From positions 529-64,528 of the forward strand of contig JAJZCR010000002.1 of NCBI GenBank assembly GCA_021851715.1: DNA of 64,000 bases. The letters run 5' to 3'. The position numbers and the translations under genes are program-made. Shown piece by piece: positions 63,136 through 64,000 of the stretch. The stretch's first letter is position 1; each line of letters starts with the position of its first letter. Origin of the DNA: Planctomycetota bacterium (lineage in GTDB: Bacteria; Planctomycetota; Phycisphaerae; WQYP01). The notes beneath the pieces are model-generated. The model made no database searches, was not told the DNA's origin, and saw only the letters and a program-made list of their open reading frames with translations.

Positions 63136-63302
63136 AATGCGCCCATTATAAACCCGCTCTGCGTTGCATCAACCGCCAAAACCCCCCGCCACCCGAGCCA
63201 CCGCCGATTTGCCAATTCAATTGAGAACAACCCAAAATGCCTTTTCGGGCTCGCGCCAACGCCAAGACCTACCGCATCAGGAAGCGCCATTCATAACAGC
63301 CA

Positions 63303-63551
63303 CTATAACGCGACCGTCGCTGCGAATAGGTACGCCGCGCACAGCAATGCCGTCCCAAGCGCCACCAGCACGCAGGCCACCACGCGCGCGGTATAGTTCC
63401 AACGCTGGTCAAACTGACGGATCGGCAACAACCCCGCGTCTGAAGAGAGCTGCCCGGCTGTGGGCTCGACAACCACAGGCAGGTGGGGTAAAAAATCAAA
63501 CAACCTCGGTGCGCTGGCTGCCATTGCGTTGGTGACAGTCTGTGAATTCAT
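63303..63551 (-). mobile_element. N-terminal remnant of a DDE transposase (IS1380 / DDE_Tnp_1_4-like)
   Basis: TAGQLSSDAGLLPIRQFDQRWNYTARVVACV resembles the conserved N-terminal block (…LTSDGGLLLLRE.D.RLGL...LA.C…) of this transposase group. The ORF then degenerates after ~60 aa. No catalytic domain is present. Confidence 0.45.
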
Positions 63552-63808
63552 GAATGGTCTCCGTACCGTGAGTTAACTCCTTGTTACATAAGAGCTTAAC
63601 GCACGTGCGGAGCCTTCATTTCACCAAGTCGTGAATAATCCGGGCTAAATGCCGAACGCTGAAGGCTCAAAGCCGAAACCCAAAACTCCACTGGCCAAAC
63701 TATCTTGGCTCCTGCCGCACCTTGCCGATCCGCAATGTTTGACCTTAGCTCAACAAACGTTCTAATATTGATGAATGAGTTTGTGCCGTCAGCACTGGAT
63801 TGTCCGTC

Positions 63809-64000
63809 ATGCCGACTCCTGAAACCACTTCCGTTGAGGCCTTCCATCGCTACATCGAAGGGAAATGCCTGGTGGCTTCCAGCGGCGAAGCGTGGCGGAA
63901 TCTTAAGGCGTGGATCATCGCCCCGCCGCGCGTGACGGAGATGGTACGTTTCCCCGCGGTCAGTGAACCATTCTTGGCGTGGACTGTTTCGGGTCAGATC
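63809..64000 (+). CDS. 5' end of an ORF running off the window (64 codons), function unknown
   Basis: The frame is open from ATG 63809 to the window end (MPTPETTSVEAFHRYIEGKCLVASSGEAWRNLKAWIIAPPRVTEMVRFPAVSEPFLAWTVSGQI...). It is reminiscent of AraC-type N-terminal sensor domains but is too short to call. Confidence 0.3.
   Translation, partial: MPTPETTSVEAFHRYIEGKCLVASSGEAWRNLKAWIIAPPRVTEMVRFPAVSEPFLAWTVSGQI

Noticed and set aside
51054-63551. CRISPR array, integron cassette array or diversity-generating retroelement as explanations for the repeats in the accessory region.
   Set aside because: There are no short regular repeat-spacer units. The repeat units are ~0.8-1.0-kb protein-coding gene pairs. 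The window has no reverse transcriptase or integrase gene. The hairpin element lacks the GTTRRRY/RYYYAAC attC core sites. The differences between copies are not adenine-specific.
1-64000. tRNA, rRNA, tmRNA or other classical RNA genes.
   Set aside because: I scanned the intergenic regions by eye for T-loop (GGTTCGAAT-like) and rRNA-like sequences and found none. This is not exhaustive, and tRNAscan-SE/Infernal would be decisive.

Overview
This is a 64-kb chromosomal window from a moderately GC-rich bacterium. The PEP-CTERM / T5SS-associated repeat protein and the fragmented dcw and nuo clusters hint at a PVC-type (Planctomycetota/Verrucomicrobiota-like) lineage, but that is inference only. 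All calls rest on motifs read by eye from the ORF track and the DNA; no database search was run.

Layout:
1. nt 1-9957: a tightly coupled defence operon of at least six genes. It holds a partial upstream ORF, an SNF2 helicase, an HNH nuclease, type III Mod, a RhuM-family protein and type III Res.
2. 10.4-17 kb: a partial dcw cluster (FtsL-like, ftsI, murE, murF, mraY). It lacks mraZ/rsmH and stops after mraY.
3. 17-25 kb: housekeeping genes (gcvP, an SGNH hydrolase, miaB, a sigma-70 factor, PaiB-like, YjbQ-like) plus a 59-aa ORF missing from the track.
4. 25-30 kb: dnaA with an adjacent AT-run and DnaA-box cluster (candidate oriC). Directly downstream of dnaA is an unusual three-gene operon: a DNA methyltransferase fused to a degenerate GIY-YIG module, a stand-alone paralogue of that module with intact GIY-YIG motifs, and a 115-aa protein.
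5. 30-40 kb: a SAM methyltransferase, a 1184-aa PEP-CTERM repeat protein, a 549-bp segment bounded by 24-nt inverted repeats, glyA, a UPF0104-like membrane protein and a YeiH-like/LysR divergent pair.
6. 40.5-43.3 kb: an AT-richer three-gene cassette of unknown function, followed by an argJ remnant encoding only the beta-chain half.
7. 43-51 kb: ligA, a VOC protein, a CorC/ybeY/HD-7TM operon and a stand-alone nuoI.
8. 51-63.6 kb: a mosaic accessory region.
   - YD/RHS-repeat fragments, two of which share a 250-bp direct repeat 6240 bp apart.
   - A polycistronic tandem array of a ~90-aa domain gene followed by a 5-TM membrane gene, in 4-5 units.
   - Two further paralogous families of secreted proteins.
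   - A twice-repeated element with conserved flanks and a variable hairpin.
   - A transposase N-terminal remnant.

The three strongest candidates for undescribed biology are the domain/membrane-protein array (52.1-56.7 kb), the MTase/GIY-YIG paralogue operon next to dnaA, and the helicase-HNH-type III composite operon.
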